From positions 7,395-71,394 of the forward strand of contig JAKATW010000076.1 in the NCBI GenBank assembly GCA_021827945.1: a stretch of 64,000 nt of DNA. Reading direction: 5' to 3'. Both the position numbers and the translations under genes were made by a program. Shown here one piece after another: positions 1 to 9,231 of the stretch; the first letter of the stretch is position 1; every line of letters begins with the position of its first letter. The notes beneath the pieces are model-generated. The model did no database searches. It saw only the letters and a program-made list of their open reading frames with translations, and was not told the origin of the DNA. Origin of the DNA: Thermoplasmata archaeon (GTDB lineage Archaea; Thermoplasmatota; Thermoplasmata; Thermoplasmatales; GCA-001856825).

Positions 1-591
1 ACTAAAACAGCCCAGTTTGGAGGGAAATATGAGAGATAATATGGGAAACTCGTGAACATCAGACCAAGCGACGACAGGAACCATGCTCCATATGGAGAAA
101 CGGCTCCGAGATGGTATATCGTTGAAGAAGACAGATAGTTAGTTACGTAACTGGGTACTGATATCACGTACGTGAAGAGGAACGAGACTACTCCTATTAT
201 GCCTGCCACTATTGCCGTTATTACGAGACCCTTGTACTTTGATCCTGATGTCCTCCCTGAGACATATCCAGATAGCATTGGTCCAAAAATGGGCAACCAC
301 CAAAGTAGTACTGTGGCTGCAAATGCTATTACAAGAGAGGATTTCCAGGAATACTTGCCCCTTTCCTTGTATCTATGCCACCCTTTCAGTAGTATGTGTG
401 ACATCGGTCTGACAATAACTAATTAGAATAAAAGCTTTTCCTATTATTTGAAATTCTCCCCTAATATGAGAAATTTATTCGAAGCTTTGTAGAATTGGAC
501 TTTTTTTTATATTCTCACGGTACAAATCATAGTCAGGATAGCTAACTATAATATTGTCCGACATCAAAGGGTGGATACTGGATGTTAGAAA

Positions 592-1602
592 TCAACTCTT
601 ATCAAACTCGCGATAAACGGTCAGAAGATCAGAAATCTCCCTGTCCCTTGAAAAATTCAGAGCTCTTTCTCTTAAAACTGAACTACTCTTTTTGTTCTTG
701 AGTGCAAACTGAATCGCATCTTCAAATTTTTCTATGCTCGCCAGGAACCCATAGTCTCCTACGGTCTCCTTGAAAATAGGGAGGTCATTCAATACCACAT
801 TCGTACCACAGGCCATTGCTTCAAGCGGGGGGAACCCGAACCCCTCTGCATCTGATATATAAACGAAAAGATCTGCATTAGAAAGGTATTTTCTCAAAGT
901 TAGGTCATCTATCTGGCCCAATACAAAAATGTTACCCTTCTTCTTTGCCAACCTTGTGAGTTCATTGGCTCGCTCAGACCAGGAGTTTATAGGACCTATA
1001 TGATAAAGTTCAAGTTGATTGTCTCCACCAATAATATCGTAGAGTAGGTCAAATCGCTTCCTAGGATTGAAATCACCAACAGTAACTAGATGCATTTTTC
1101 CGTTATTAGGATAAGGATTTTCCGGATCATAGAAAAATTTTGTGTGATCTATACTCAGATATATTGTTTGAATTCTACTTTCATCAACCCCCCCTATTTT
1201 AGCTAAATCACTCTTCACGGTGTTGGTCGGAACGATAAATTTCTGGGCTTCATACACATTCCGAAACATCAATTCATAAGCCCTCTTGTTGTACTCACTC
1301 GTTATAAATTGCTTATTTTGGATAAAGGGTATGACATCAAGAACAGTCACAATATCGGTATCTGTAGGAGCAACTTCAGGTGTTAATGCGTGAATAGGGT
1401 GGCTTGAATTCTTATGTAAGGAAGTTGCAATTTTCTGTGAAAATATGCCTCCAAAAGGTCTTCCTCTAAATGAAAACTCTATTTTTCTAATCCCGATTTT
1501 TCTGAAATCATACCCTATCGAACTTAATTCTTCGATAATCTTCTCCGAATATCTACGAGAACCAGTCTGCGTTTTGATGACTGGGTAAAAGATCGTTAAC
1601 AC
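592..1602 (-). CDS. Glycosyltransferase, GT-B fold, family 4 (group 1)
   Basis: 336-aa ORF. The C-terminal 'DAEGFGFPPLEAMACGTNVV' is the GT4 E-x7-E nucleotide-sugar motif. It is divergent from gmd within a glycan cluster. Confidence 0.85.
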   Translation of the reverse strand: MLTIFYPVIKTQTGSRRYSEKIIEELSSIGYDFRKIGIRKIEFSFRGRPFGGIFSQKIATSLHKNSSHPIHALTPEVAPTDTDIVTVLDVIPFIQNKQFITSEYNKRAYELMFRNVYEAQKFIVPTNTVKSDLAKIGGVDESRIQTIYLSIDHTKFFYDPENPYPNNGKMHLVTVGDFNPRKRFDLLYDIIGGDNQLELYHIGPINSWSERANELTRLAKKKGNIFVLGQIDDLTLRKYLSNADLFVYISDAEGFGFPPLEAMACGTNVVLNDLPIFKETVGDYGFLASIEKFEDAIQFALKNKKSSSVLRERALNFSRDREISDLLTVYREFDKS

Positions 1603-1750
1603 AAAAACAGAATTTAATACAATATTAAAGTTTTCGCAAGAGTATTTTACAAATGCTCAAATCAGACAAATCTTTCTTTCAAAGAAATCTAATTCTATGG
1701 CGGATTTCAAAAGGAATTCTGCAGTATAGATGTTGACCATCTTAAAGGTA

Positions 1751-1758
1751 TTATATTA
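1751..1758 (+). promoter_or_regulatory. Candidate archaeal TATA box for gmd
   Basis: TTATATTA lies about 35 nt upstream of ATG 1791 in an AT-rich divergent intergenic region. Confidence 0.35.
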
Positions 1759-1790
1759 AATTCAATAGGGGTATAGAGGGTGTCAAAACA

Positions 1791-2804
1791 ATGAGAGCTC
1801 TAATCACCGGGATAACTGGTCAGGACGGATACTTCTTATCGCAGTTCTTGTTAAATAAGGAATATGAAGTCCATGGAATTGTAAGAAGAAACAGTTCAAT
1901 GACATATGGTAATCTAGACAATTTAGACCACAATTTAAAAGAGAAAATCAGTTTACACCAGGGAGATATTACGGACCCATCATTCATTTCATCAATTGTT
2001 AAAGCGGTCAGTCCTGATGAACTGTATCATCTCGCAGCTCAGAGTTTTGTGGGGTATAGTTTTAAGAATAGTCAATCTACTTATGATATTAACATCGGAG
2101 GAACTTTAAACGTATGTAATGCTATCAAGGATTTTTCGCCCGATACCAGAATGTATTTCGCGGCGAGTTCCGAGATGTTTGGACAGCCGAAGGTCACTCC
2201 TCAAAATGAACAGACTCCTTTGGAACCAAGAAGTCCATATGCTGTATCAAAGCTTGCTGGTTTCTGGACTGTAAGAACCTATAGAGAAGCATATGATCTG
2301 TTTTTGAGCAACGGCATATTCTTCAATCACGAATCAGAAGTCCGTGGCCGGGAATTTGTCACGAGAAAAATATCCAGTCACGTTGCTAGATATTCAAAGG
2401 GAATGCACGAACCCTTACTTCTTGGGAACTTAAATGCTCGCAAAGACTGGGGGTACGCTAAAGACTTCGTTGACGGAATGTGGAAGATTCTTAACTACAA
2501 ATACGCAGATGACTTTGTACTAGGGACCGGTGAGCTACATACGGTACGAGAATTTGTCGAAGAATCATTTAGAGTCATAGGCGTTGAAGTGTTCTGGAGA
2601 GGAAGTGGACTAAACGAAGTGGGATTGTCGGAGAAGGACGAAGTACTGGTCAAAATCAATAAGGAGTTTTTTAGACCGCTTGAGTCAGACAACTTCACAG
2701 CGGATTATTCGAAGGCAAAAAGTAAGCTTGGTTGGTCTCCAAAATTGAAGTTTAAGGATTTGGTAAAACTCATGGTCATAAAAGATATTGAGTCTATCAG
2801 TTGA
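1791..2804 (+). CDS. gmd: GDP-mannose 4,6-dehydratase
   Basis: 337 aa. N-terminus 'ALITGITGQDGYFLSQFLLNKEYEVHGIVRRNSS'. The stretch 'PRSPYAVSKL...FNHESEVRGREFVTRKI' closely matches the Gmd short-chain dehydrogenase signature. Confidence 0.95.
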   Translation: MRALITGITGQDGYFLSQFLLNKEYEVHGIVRRNSSMTYGNLDNLDHNLKEKISLHQGDITDPSFISSIVKAVSPDELYHLAAQSFVGYSFKNSQSTYDINIGGTLNVCNAIKDFSPDTRMYFAASSEMFGQPKVTPQNEQTPLEPRSPYAVSKLAGFWTVRTYREAYDLFLSNGIFFNHESEVRGREFVTRKISSHVARYSKGMHEPLLLGNLNARKDWGYAKDFVDGMWKILNYKYADDFVLGTGELHTVREFVEESFRVIGVEVFWRGSGLNEVGLSEKDEVLVKINKEFFRPLESDNFTADYSKAKSKLGWSPKLKFKDLVKLMVIKDIESIS

Positions 2805-2930
2805 AAATCAGCGAGAAATCGTGTTTTTTGGTTGATAGAGTGCACATTTAAGATGATCCCACGAAACACGGAAAATTGCTGATATCTCTTAATTACATGA
2901 CTTTTAAGAGTATTTCGAGTGTGGGACAAA

Positions 2931-3070
2931 ATTATCTTTTGCCCCTGCCCTCAATCTCCCTGCCTATGTAGCGTATCACCTTCTGCCCGGTCTTACCATT
3001 TTCCCATACAGACTGCACTTCCGCAAGGTACGTATCAGACGGCTTCTTGGATCTTCCTTATGAACATCAT
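2931..3070 (-). pseudogene. Possible frameshifted remnant of a transposase N-terminus
   Basis: Minus strand reads MMFIRKIQEAV*, then in the +1 frame ..KKPSDTYLAEVQSVWENGKTGQKVIRYIGREIEGRGKR*. From memory, the 'MFIRK..(TY)L..V.S..ENGK..QKVI.Y(L/I)GR' pattern resembles IS1634/IS4-type transposase N-termini. Only about 45 codons survive, in a 440-bp non-coding gap. Confidence 0.2.
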
Positions 3071-3247
3071 AATGTATATTTTATACATCGTGTTATTATA
3101 GAACTATCTCACACATGAAGGAACATCAATAGTTGTATTGCACGTTAAATAAAGAACCCTAAAAAATTAGGTAATAAAAAATAGAATTTGACAAATTGTA
3201 CTGAACCAGATTTAAAAAAGTTTTATATGCTATTGATATAGGAAAAC

Positions 3248-4048
3248 GTGGTCGAAGAGCCTCCTGTGAAAATTTCTGTGATAATCGCCTCTTTGAATGA
3301 CATAAGGATCAAGAATGCTCTGGATTCGTTATCTAACCAGACCCTTAAACCATTCGAAATAATTGTCGCTGATGGAGGTTCGAAATGGGAAATCTCAAAA
3401 ATTTGCGAAGAATACGACGCAAAATTGGAAAACTTGTCTGGTAACGTCGTAGAATCTAGAAACAAGGCAATATCGCTCGTTAAAGGAGATTTGGTTGCCT
3501 TTCTAGATACAGATGAAACTGCGGTTCCAACCTGGCTTGAAGACCTCGCAAGACCTATACTAAATGGCTCCGCTGATTTCTCAGGGGGACCTATGTTGCA
3601 CCATGAGGCGAAGCTCGGTCCAGAAAGGTATGTGAACCTTGTGGAAGACTTCATTTATGAATATCAAGTTCCTTATAACATAGCCTATCTCCCACTCGGG
3701 AACTCAATGTGGAGACTCACTTTACTGCGACAACTAGGTGGATTTGATCAATCAATTCCATACAGCGAAGATTATGATATCAATATCAGGGCTCTAAATG
3801 CGGGATACAAAGGAGTATTTGTGCCAGACGCTGCCATATACCACGATCATTCGGAGTTCGATTCGTATTCCAAGCTAGCGAAGAAACGTTACGCGTATCT
3901 GAGAGCAGCTGCTCTTGTTTTCATAAAGAATAGAGCTATTTCAATGAGAATGAGGTCGAGGCCTGGTGGCAGAGTGAAGCACCCATTCTATATAGTCGAA
4001 ACTTTGCTGAAGCCAATAGCCCTCCTAGACGCGTTAATCCGTGGTTGA
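3248..4048 (+). CDS. Glycosyltransferase family 2
   Basis: 266 aa with a GTG start. 'ISVIIASLNDIRIKNALDSLSNQTLKPFEIIVADGGS' is followed by the DxD-like 'FLDTDE', which is typical of GT-A/GT2. Confidence 0.85.
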   Translation: MVEEPPVKISVIIASLNDIRIKNALDSLSNQTLKPFEIIVADGGSKWEISKICEEYDAKLENLSGNVVESRNKAISLVKGDLVAFLDTDETAVPTWLEDLARPILNGSADFSGGPMLHHEAKLGPERYVNLVEDFIYEYQVPYNIAYLPLGNSMWRLTLLRQLGGFDQSIPYSEDYDINIRALNAGYKGVFVPDAAIYHDHSEFDSYSKLAKKRYAYLRAAALVFIKNRAISMRMRSRPGGRVKHPFYIVETLLKPIALLDALIRG

Positions 4049-4075
4049 TATATATTTATAGGATGCATCAATCCG

Positions 4076-5494
4076 TTGGAGATGAAGGTTGTTGTCATCG
4101 GGATAGACGGGGCCTGTTGGGATCCGATACTGCCTTATATCGATAAAGGTGAATTAAATGGATATGCTCAATTTTGGAAGAATGGCCTTCACGGATCACT
4201 CCTCTCGACTATCCCGTATCTGACTCAACCGGCATGGAAGTCGTACTCGATCGGGAAAAATCCTGGTAAGACTGGGGTTTATCACTGGTCAAGGATCGAC
4301 TGGAAAGAGCTCAAGTTCCGGAGTCTCAATTCAACTAGCTTCCATGGAGATGACTACTGGGACATATTGTCTCAAAAGGGGCACAGGGTCTCAATCATCG
4401 ATATGCCATCCACGTTTCCTCCTGACAAAGTAAATGGAATAATGATTTCTGGGATGAATCACGGAGATGGCCCCTGGACATATCCAGAAGAGTTTGAGAA
4501 GAACATTCCATCGTGGTTCGTTAAAGATGGAATTCATCTCTTTAGGAAGAATCAAGACCCGGAAGTCACAATGAACGGGATAGAGTCGGAGATCAAATCA
4601 AGGTTTGACATGGCGGAAATGCTATGGGACGCAGATCTCGTCCATCTTTCTGTTGAAATGAACGATCACGTCTCCCATTTCATGTGGAACAACGACCATA
4701 TTATGTACAGGAATTTCAGGGCAAACGATGAGGGAATTCAGAGGGTGTTGAACAAAAATAAAGAAGGGTACACTATACTTATGAGCGACCATGGCAATGG
4801 ACCAATTGAAGATGAGTTCTACACAAATGAGTTCTTGGCTAGGGAGGGCTTCCTTTCTCTCCAAGAGAGCGATTCAAGGGGTGTCTCCAGAGAATCGATC
4901 GTAGATCTGGGTACAAAATTGAAGTTGGACCGATTGGTGAACAAACTGCCGAACAGTCTCCAAAACAGGATAGTCAAGAGGATAAAGGCAATGGAGAGCG
5001 TAATGGAAACGGATCCTGAGAAGAGGATCAACTGGAAAGAATCGAAGGTCGTTGCGCTCGATGAAGGTATGCTATACGTCAATCCGCTCTATGACGACGA
5101 GAAAAGTTCGATTCTTGAGGAACTGACGAACAGGTTCAAGTCCCTCAGGTCAAAGAGCGGGAAGAACGTGATTAAGAACGTTCTAAGGGGGAACGAAATA
5201 TACTGGGGGCCATATGTCTCAGATGGTCCAGATTTGGTCACCATTTCAAACGAGATATATCACCAGAGGCTTCCCCTCTCGGGATACGTTTGGGCATCGG
5301 ACATACCGGAAGAATCGTGGGGATATAGATTCCCTCAGGTAGGACACCACAGAATTAAAGGAATATTCGGATTGGTTGGACCAGGTATAGCTGCGAAAGA
5401 GGTCAATGCGAGCATCTATGATCTCGCTCCAACCATTTTAAAATTGTTTGGAGCTGACATTCCGAATGACGTCGATGGCAAGCCACTAGTATAG
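4076..5494 (+). CDS. Alkaline-phosphatase superfamily protein (type I phosphodiesterase/nucleotide pyrophosphatase-like, COG3379-like), paralog 1
   Basis: 472 aa. Contains 'VVVIGIDGACWD', the Thr-nucleophile context 'LTQPAW', and 'SDHGNGP'. No TM segment. ATG at 4082 is an alternative start. It is a paralog of 21092-22489. Confidence 0.75.
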   Translation: MEMKVVVIGIDGACWDPILPYIDKGELNGYAQFWKNGLHGSLLSTIPYLTQPAWKSYSIGKNPGKTGVYHWSRIDWKELKFRSLNSTSFHGDDYWDILSQKGHRVSIIDMPSTFPPDKVNGIMISGMNHGDGPWTYPEEFEKNIPSWFVKDGIHLFRKNQDPEVTMNGIESEIKSRFDMAEMLWDADLVHLSVEMNDHVSHFMWNNDHIMYRNFRANDEGIQRVLNKNKEGYTILMSDHGNGPIEDEFYTNEFLAREGFLSLQESDSRGVSRESIVDLGTKLKLDRLVNKLPNSLQNRIVKRIKAMESVMETDPEKRINWKESKVVALDEGMLYVNPLYDDEKSSILEELTNRFKSLRSKSGKNVIKNVLRGNEIYWGPYVSDGPDLVTISNEIYHQRLPLSGYVWASDIPEESWGYRFPQVGHHRIKGIFGLVGPGIAAKEVNASIYDLAPTILKLFGADIPNDVDGKPLV

Positions 5495-5599
5495 TAGAGG
5501 GATCTCAGTACGGATAGAAGGAATATTTTCATCATTTCGATTGCTTCTGCGATAAGAACATTCGGAACTGGAGGTCTGTGGAGTTTCACACCGCTCTAC

Positions 5600-6685
5600 A
5601 TGAAGAACTCTTTGCAGATTTCCTTGTTGGTCATAGGACTCATATTTGCCATCAACGCCGTATTCGGTGGATTCATTCAGATATATGCTGGGCATCTGGG
5701 AGACAAGTATGGATTCAAGAAAATCATAATCACCTTCGCCTCAGCATATGTTGTAACTCTCATGTCCCTTTTCCTCAGTTCCATATTCCTGGCGATACCC
5801 CTCGTCTTTGTCATTTTGTTCATACTCAACCAGGCCATAGGCAATCTGATAATGCCATCTCTCAGTGCCCTCCTCTCACTGAGTAGTGACGTTCCTCTTG
5901 CCGGTTTTTCGTACATGAGAGTGGCATCAAACCTCGGTTGGGCATTTGGACCAGCCCTGGCAGGATACGTAGCTTCCACCCTCGGATACCCCTTCATATA
6001 CCTGACAGCTGCACTGAGTGCAATCATTCCATTCCCGCTGTATTTCTATCTGAAGGAAAAGAAGAGCGAAGCCAGGGAAACTGAGAAGTTCTCGTTCAAG
6101 AAGGTCAGCAGGGAACTTTACTTGTTTGGTATTGGAGTGACTTTTCTCTTTATCGTTGTTTCGCAATTTTCGGTCACACTATCGATCTATGCTAATAACT
6201 TCATAGGACTAGACACGACATCTATCGGACTGATATACTTTGTAAACGGAATTGCCGTTGCTGCGTTTCAACTTCCTATATATCGGGTCGTAAGGAAGAT
6301 AGGACTGTGGAACGGAATGATACTCGGCTCAATTTTCTACATTATCGGATACTTTTCAATGGCACTGGACCACAGTCTGTGGCAGTTCATGGCATCAATG
6401 CTGATTGTGACAATGGGGGAGAATGCAGTCACCCCCACTGGTAGCGCGATGACGTCCAAGATCGCGAATGGAAAGTCACTTGGAGCACACATGGGCGTCT
6501 ACAACTTCTTCATGTCACTGGGTAGAGGGATGGGTCCAAGTTATGGTACGTTCCTGCTGTCCTATTTATACACACCGTTCGATATCTGGGGGCTTGCAGT
6601 GGTGCCTGCGGCCGTCGGGATATTTATATTTATTTCAAGACAGTCTTCAGAAAAGAAACAACAATCTGCTATTTCCGTAATCTGA
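5600..6685 (+). CDS. MFS transporter (true start probably upstream of 5600)
   Basis: 361 aa and highly hydrophobic. The 'GHLGDKYGFKK' loop is MFS motif A-like. The same frame stays open back to 5498 and encodes a TM1-like 'NIFIISIASAIRTFGTGGLWSFTPLY', but that stretch has no ATG, GTG or TTG. Confidence 0.8.
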   Translation: MKNSLQISLLVIGLIFAINAVFGGFIQIYAGHLGDKYGFKKIIITFASAYVVTLMSLFLSSIFLAIPLVFVILFILNQAIGNLIMPSLSALLSLSSDVPLAGFSYMRVASNLGWAFGPALAGYVASTLGYPFIYLTAALSAIIPFPLYFYLKEKKSEARETEKFSFKKVSRELYLFGIGVTFLFIVVSQFSVTLSIYANNFIGLDTTSIGLIYFVNGIAVAAFQLPIYRVVRKIGLWNGMILGSIFYIIGYFSMALDHSLWQFMASMLIVTMGENAVTPTGSAMTSKIANGKSLGAHMGVYNFFMSLGRGMGPSYGTFLLSYLYTPFDIWGLAVVPAAVGIFIFISRQSSEKKQQSAISVI

Positions 6686-6696
6686 ACTCCATTTCT

Positions 6697-6849
6697 TTAG
6701 TCTTTCATCAGATTGAGGAAAAATGCTGATATCAACCAGATGATTCCTATTAGATCTGGAAGTAACGTCTTAGAATATAAGCCATACCCGAAAATCCCCA
6801 AGGGCAAGATATAAAATAAGAGAAATAGAAGAATTGATCTCGGGCTCAT
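6697..6849 (-). CDS. Candidate 50-aa two-TM membrane protein (below the ORF-track size cutoff)
   Basis: Hand translation gives MSPRSILLFLLFYILPLGIFGYGLYSKTLLPDLIGIIWLISAFFLNLMKD*. The ATG at 6849 is 8 nt after the rpl12 stop, so the two could be co-transcribed. Confidence 0.3.
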   Translation of the reverse strand: MSPRSILLFLLFYILPLGIFGYGLYSKTLLPDLIGIIWLISAFFLNLMKD

Positions 6850-6857
6850 TGAGTAAT

Positions 6858-7172
6858 CTACCCGAATAAGGCACCGAGTCCAGCGACCGCGTCTTCCTCG
6901 CTCTTCTCTTCTTTCTTTTCCTCTTTTTTCTCTTCCTTCTTTTCTTCCTTCTTCTGAGGCTCTGCCTGTGCCACCGGCGTGGCTGCCACCATGGACGACT
7001 TTATTGCTTCTTCAATATTGACTCCCTCTAGTGAAGCCACAAGGCTCTTTACTCTTGCAGGGTCAGGTTTAATTCCTGCAGCTTTGAGTATCTCTGTTAT
7101 GCCATCTTCTGTGACTGGTTTTCCGACAGAGTTCAGTATCAATGCGCTGTAAATATATTCCATACTCTTCAC
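6858..7172 (-). CDS. rpl12: 50S ribosomal stalk protein P1 (L12e)
   Basis: '[19 protein letters not shown]...' plus the tail '[31 protein letters not shown]'. The likely start is the internal ATG at 7163. Confidence 0.95.
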   Translation of the reverse strand: MKSMEYIYSALILNSVGKPVTEDGITEILKAAGIKPDPARVKSLVASLEGVNIEEAIKSSMVAATPVAQAEPQKKEEKKEEKKEEKKEEKSEEDAVAGLGALFG

Positions 7173-7216
7173 CCCTAATTACTCCCACATAATAAACTAA
7201 GCGTCTTAAACATTTT

Positions 7217-8071
7217 CTAAGCACTCCTTGGAAATCTGATCTCGAGTGATTTCGCAATCGCATTACCTTTGGCTAGCAACATCTGAACTGTGTCCTTTGT
7301 TGGATACGACACTGCTAGACTAAGGGCAGTTCCTTCCCTATAGGCCTTGAATAGGAAAATTGGCATCGTTTCTTCTGTGTAGTAGTTCAGGTTTATCGAA
7401 AGAGCAATTGCCATGGAGTGTGCAGCCGTCAGCTTGTTCAAGAAATCCTGTGTTGAAGAACCTAGTATGCTCTTGTCGAAAACTATTCCCTCTTCGTAAG
7501 CAGCTCTGAAATCAAGTCCTATCTCCAGTGGTAAAATCTCCAGCTTCGATAGTGCTATTGCCTTCTCCTTCGTTATCTTATCTCCTCTCTTCACCAGCAC
7601 GGTTTCCTTTCTGATTACTACCTTTCCTTGGTCTATGGACGCAGGTATCCCAGCCTTCTGCAGTTCACCTACAACTGGTCCAGGTTTGAGATTCGTAGCC
7701 TTGGCTTCTAGAACAATGTCATCTGGTGCAATTTCTCCACCCTTTGCGGGTGCCCTTGTTCTGCTGCTCTCTATCTCTTTGAATAATTTGAAAGGATTCT
7801 CCTGCGAGAATATGGCTGCAACTGGGCCATCCATATAGTCCTCCATTCCCTTTATTGCGTCCGAATTCATCCCTTCAAATGCTCTCTTAAGGAGTGTCTT
7901 CTTGATCACCTTAATCTTGGCCTTTCCCCTGAGAGATTTTCTAATCTGCTGGAACTGCTTGCCCGGTACTCTCTCTATGCCCACCAGCGCGATTGACTTT
8001 GAATTCTTTATGTCCTCTGAGAGGGTTTTTATCGCAATGTCTTTTGATTCTGAGAATCTGTTCTCTTTCAT
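7217..8071 (-). CDS. rpl10: 50S ribosomal stalk protein P0 (L10)
   Basis: 284 aa. The order L11-L1-P0-P1 is conserved. The N-terminal rRNA-binding region and the 'LLAKGNAIAKSL' spine helix are P0-like. It ends without an acidic tail. Confidence 0.9.
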   Translation of the reverse strand: MKENRFSESKDIAIKTLSEDIKNSKSIALVGIERVPGKQFQQIRKSLRGKAKIKVIKKTLLKRAFEGMNSDAIKGMEDYMDGPVAAIFSQENPFKLFKEIESSRTRAPAKGGEIAPDDIVLEAKATNLKPGPVVGELQKAGIPASIDQGKVVIRKETVLVKRGDKITKEKAIALSKLEILPLEIGLDFRAAYEEGIVFDKSILGSSTQDFLNKLTAAHSMAIALSINLNYYTEETMPIFLFKAYREGTALSLAVSYPTKDTVQMLLAKGNAIAKSLEIRFPRSA

Positions 8072-8716
8072 TTACTTCACCTCAACTTTCACTGCTGGTC
8101 CCATCGTTGTCTTAACGTAGACGGTCCTGATGTTGTCCTCTCCTTTTTCTAGTTTTGATTCTATCCTCTTTAACACTTCTAGTCCGTTCTGAGCAACCTT
8201 CTCCAGATCCATATCTTTTGTACCGATTGGAACGTGAACTACGGGTCTTTCCTTGCTCCTGGCCTTCACGGTCTTTCTAAGGTTGTTGATTATTGGAACC
8301 GGATCGACGTTTGCGGGAACCGGTCTCGGCATCTTACCCCTCGGTCCCATTATACCTCCAAGAATCTTACCGACCCTGGGCATCAGTGCAATCTCAGCGA
8401 TGAAGAAGTCTATGTCATTAACCATCTTCTTCGTCGCTCTTTTATCATCTGACATCTTATCCAGCTCTTCAGCAGAGATAAATTTGTCTGCAGTACCCTT
8501 TGCCTTAGAGGCCATCTCGTTTCCAGAAATAAGTCCGATCTTGACTTTCCTCCCCCTGCCATTTGGGAGGACTATCTCCTCATTAAGCCTGTTTTTCGGA
8601 TTAGACAGGTCGACGTCCTTCAGGTTCACTGCGATATCAATAGACTCCCCAAAATTCCTCTTGGGAGACTTATTTATCGCTTCTTCTAGACTCTTCTTTA
8701 GAGACTCACTTTCCAT
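8072..8716 (-). CDS. rpl1: 50S ribosomal protein L1
   Basis: 214 aa with an L1-like sequence ('GRGRKVKIGLI', 'PRGKMPRPVP'). It abuts the P0 start. Confidence 0.95.
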   Translation of the reverse strand: MESESLKKSLEEAINKSPKRNFGESIDIAVNLKDVDLSNPKNRLNEEIVLPNGRGRKVKIGLISGNEMASKAKGTADKFISAEELDKMSDDKRATKKMVNDIDFFIAEIALMPRVGKILGGIMGPRGKMPRPVPANVDPVPIINNLRKTVKARSKERPVVHVPIGTKDMDLEKVAQNGLEVLKRIESKLEKGEDNIRTVYVKTTMGPAVKVEVK

Positions 8717-8760
8717 TAGTTTTCACCAGAGTAGTGATGCGAGCTTTGAGCTCTTCTACT

Positions 8761-9228
8761 CTAGATGGCGATTGACCCGTCTTTAATAAGTTTTTGTGTC
8801 TCCCTCGGGTCCTTGCCGTCAACGGTAATGCCCATTGATACGCAAGTTCCGAGCACTTCCATGATGGCAGATTTGATTGAGCCTGCCGTCATGTTGTCAA
8901 TCTTCATTTCTGCTACTTTCTTTATTTGAGCGATCTTGAGGTCACCAGAAGTCTTAGTCTTTGAAGCTCCTGTTGCAGTCTCAATTCCCAGTTCCTTTTT
9001 CAGGAGCGCTGAGACGGGTGGTTTACCAACCGATACTTCAAACTTCTTCGTTTCCGGATCTACTATGACTTTTACAGGAACCTGCATACCTGAGAACAGC
9101 TTTGTTTTTTCGTTTATTTCTTTCAGTACAAGACCTATATTGATTCCCATCGGTCCAAGCGCTGGCCCAAGAGGGGGTCCGGCAGTTGCCTTGCCTCCCT
9201 CAACCATAACGGATATTTCTTGCGGCAT
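8761..9228 (-). CDS. rpl11: 50S ribosomal protein L11
   Basis: 155 aa. 'VEGGKATAGPPLGPALGPMGINI' is the L11 signature. Confidence 0.95.
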   Translation of the reverse strand: MPQEISVMVEGGKATAGPPLGPALGPMGINIGLVLKEINEKTKLFSGMQVPVKVIVDPETKKFEVSVGKPPVSALLKKELGIETATGASKTKTSGDLKIAQIKKVAEMKIDNMTAGSIKSAIMEVLGTCVSMGITVDGKDPRETQKLIKDGSIAI

Positions 9229-9231
9229 TGT

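Noticed and set aside
172-426. 84-aa and 66-aa overlapping plus-strand ORFs in the first 591 bp.
   Set aside because: They have no recognisable motifs, and two frames overlap each other in a low-coding AT-rich region. I cannot support a gene call. They may be decayed sequence.
3248-3268. The heptapeptide 'MVEEPPV' is shared between the GT2 N-terminus and the GNAT-like protein (about 25371-25391), which suggested a repeat.
   Set aside because: The underlying nucleotides differ at several positions and the similarity does not extend beyond 7 residues. It is a coincidence.
5492-5497. Tandem TAG TAG between the AlkP gene and the MFS frame, considered as possible stop-codon readthrough or pyrrolysine fusing the two ORFs.
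   Set aside because: A double stop argues for efficient termination. No pyl genes are seen. A soluble AlkP enzyme fused to an MFS is implausible, and the frames differ.
5578-5886. 102-aa ORF and other alternative-frame ORFs overlapping the MFS gene (5677-6027, 5927-6166 and 6468-6680).
   Set aside because: All overlap a coherent 12-TM-type reading frame, and their compositions look like out-of-frame translations.
8253-8786. 177-aa plus-strand ORF antisense to rpl1. Similar long antisense ORFs occur at 10296-11087 (ftsZ), 29921-30436 (purL), 40165-40692 and 41333-41935 (moeA genes), 44622-45122 (binding protein) and 63048-63545 (thiolase).
   Set aside because: Each lies entirely within a strongly supported gene on the opposite strand and has a low-complexity, Ser/Pro/Leu-rich composition typical of shadow ORFs.
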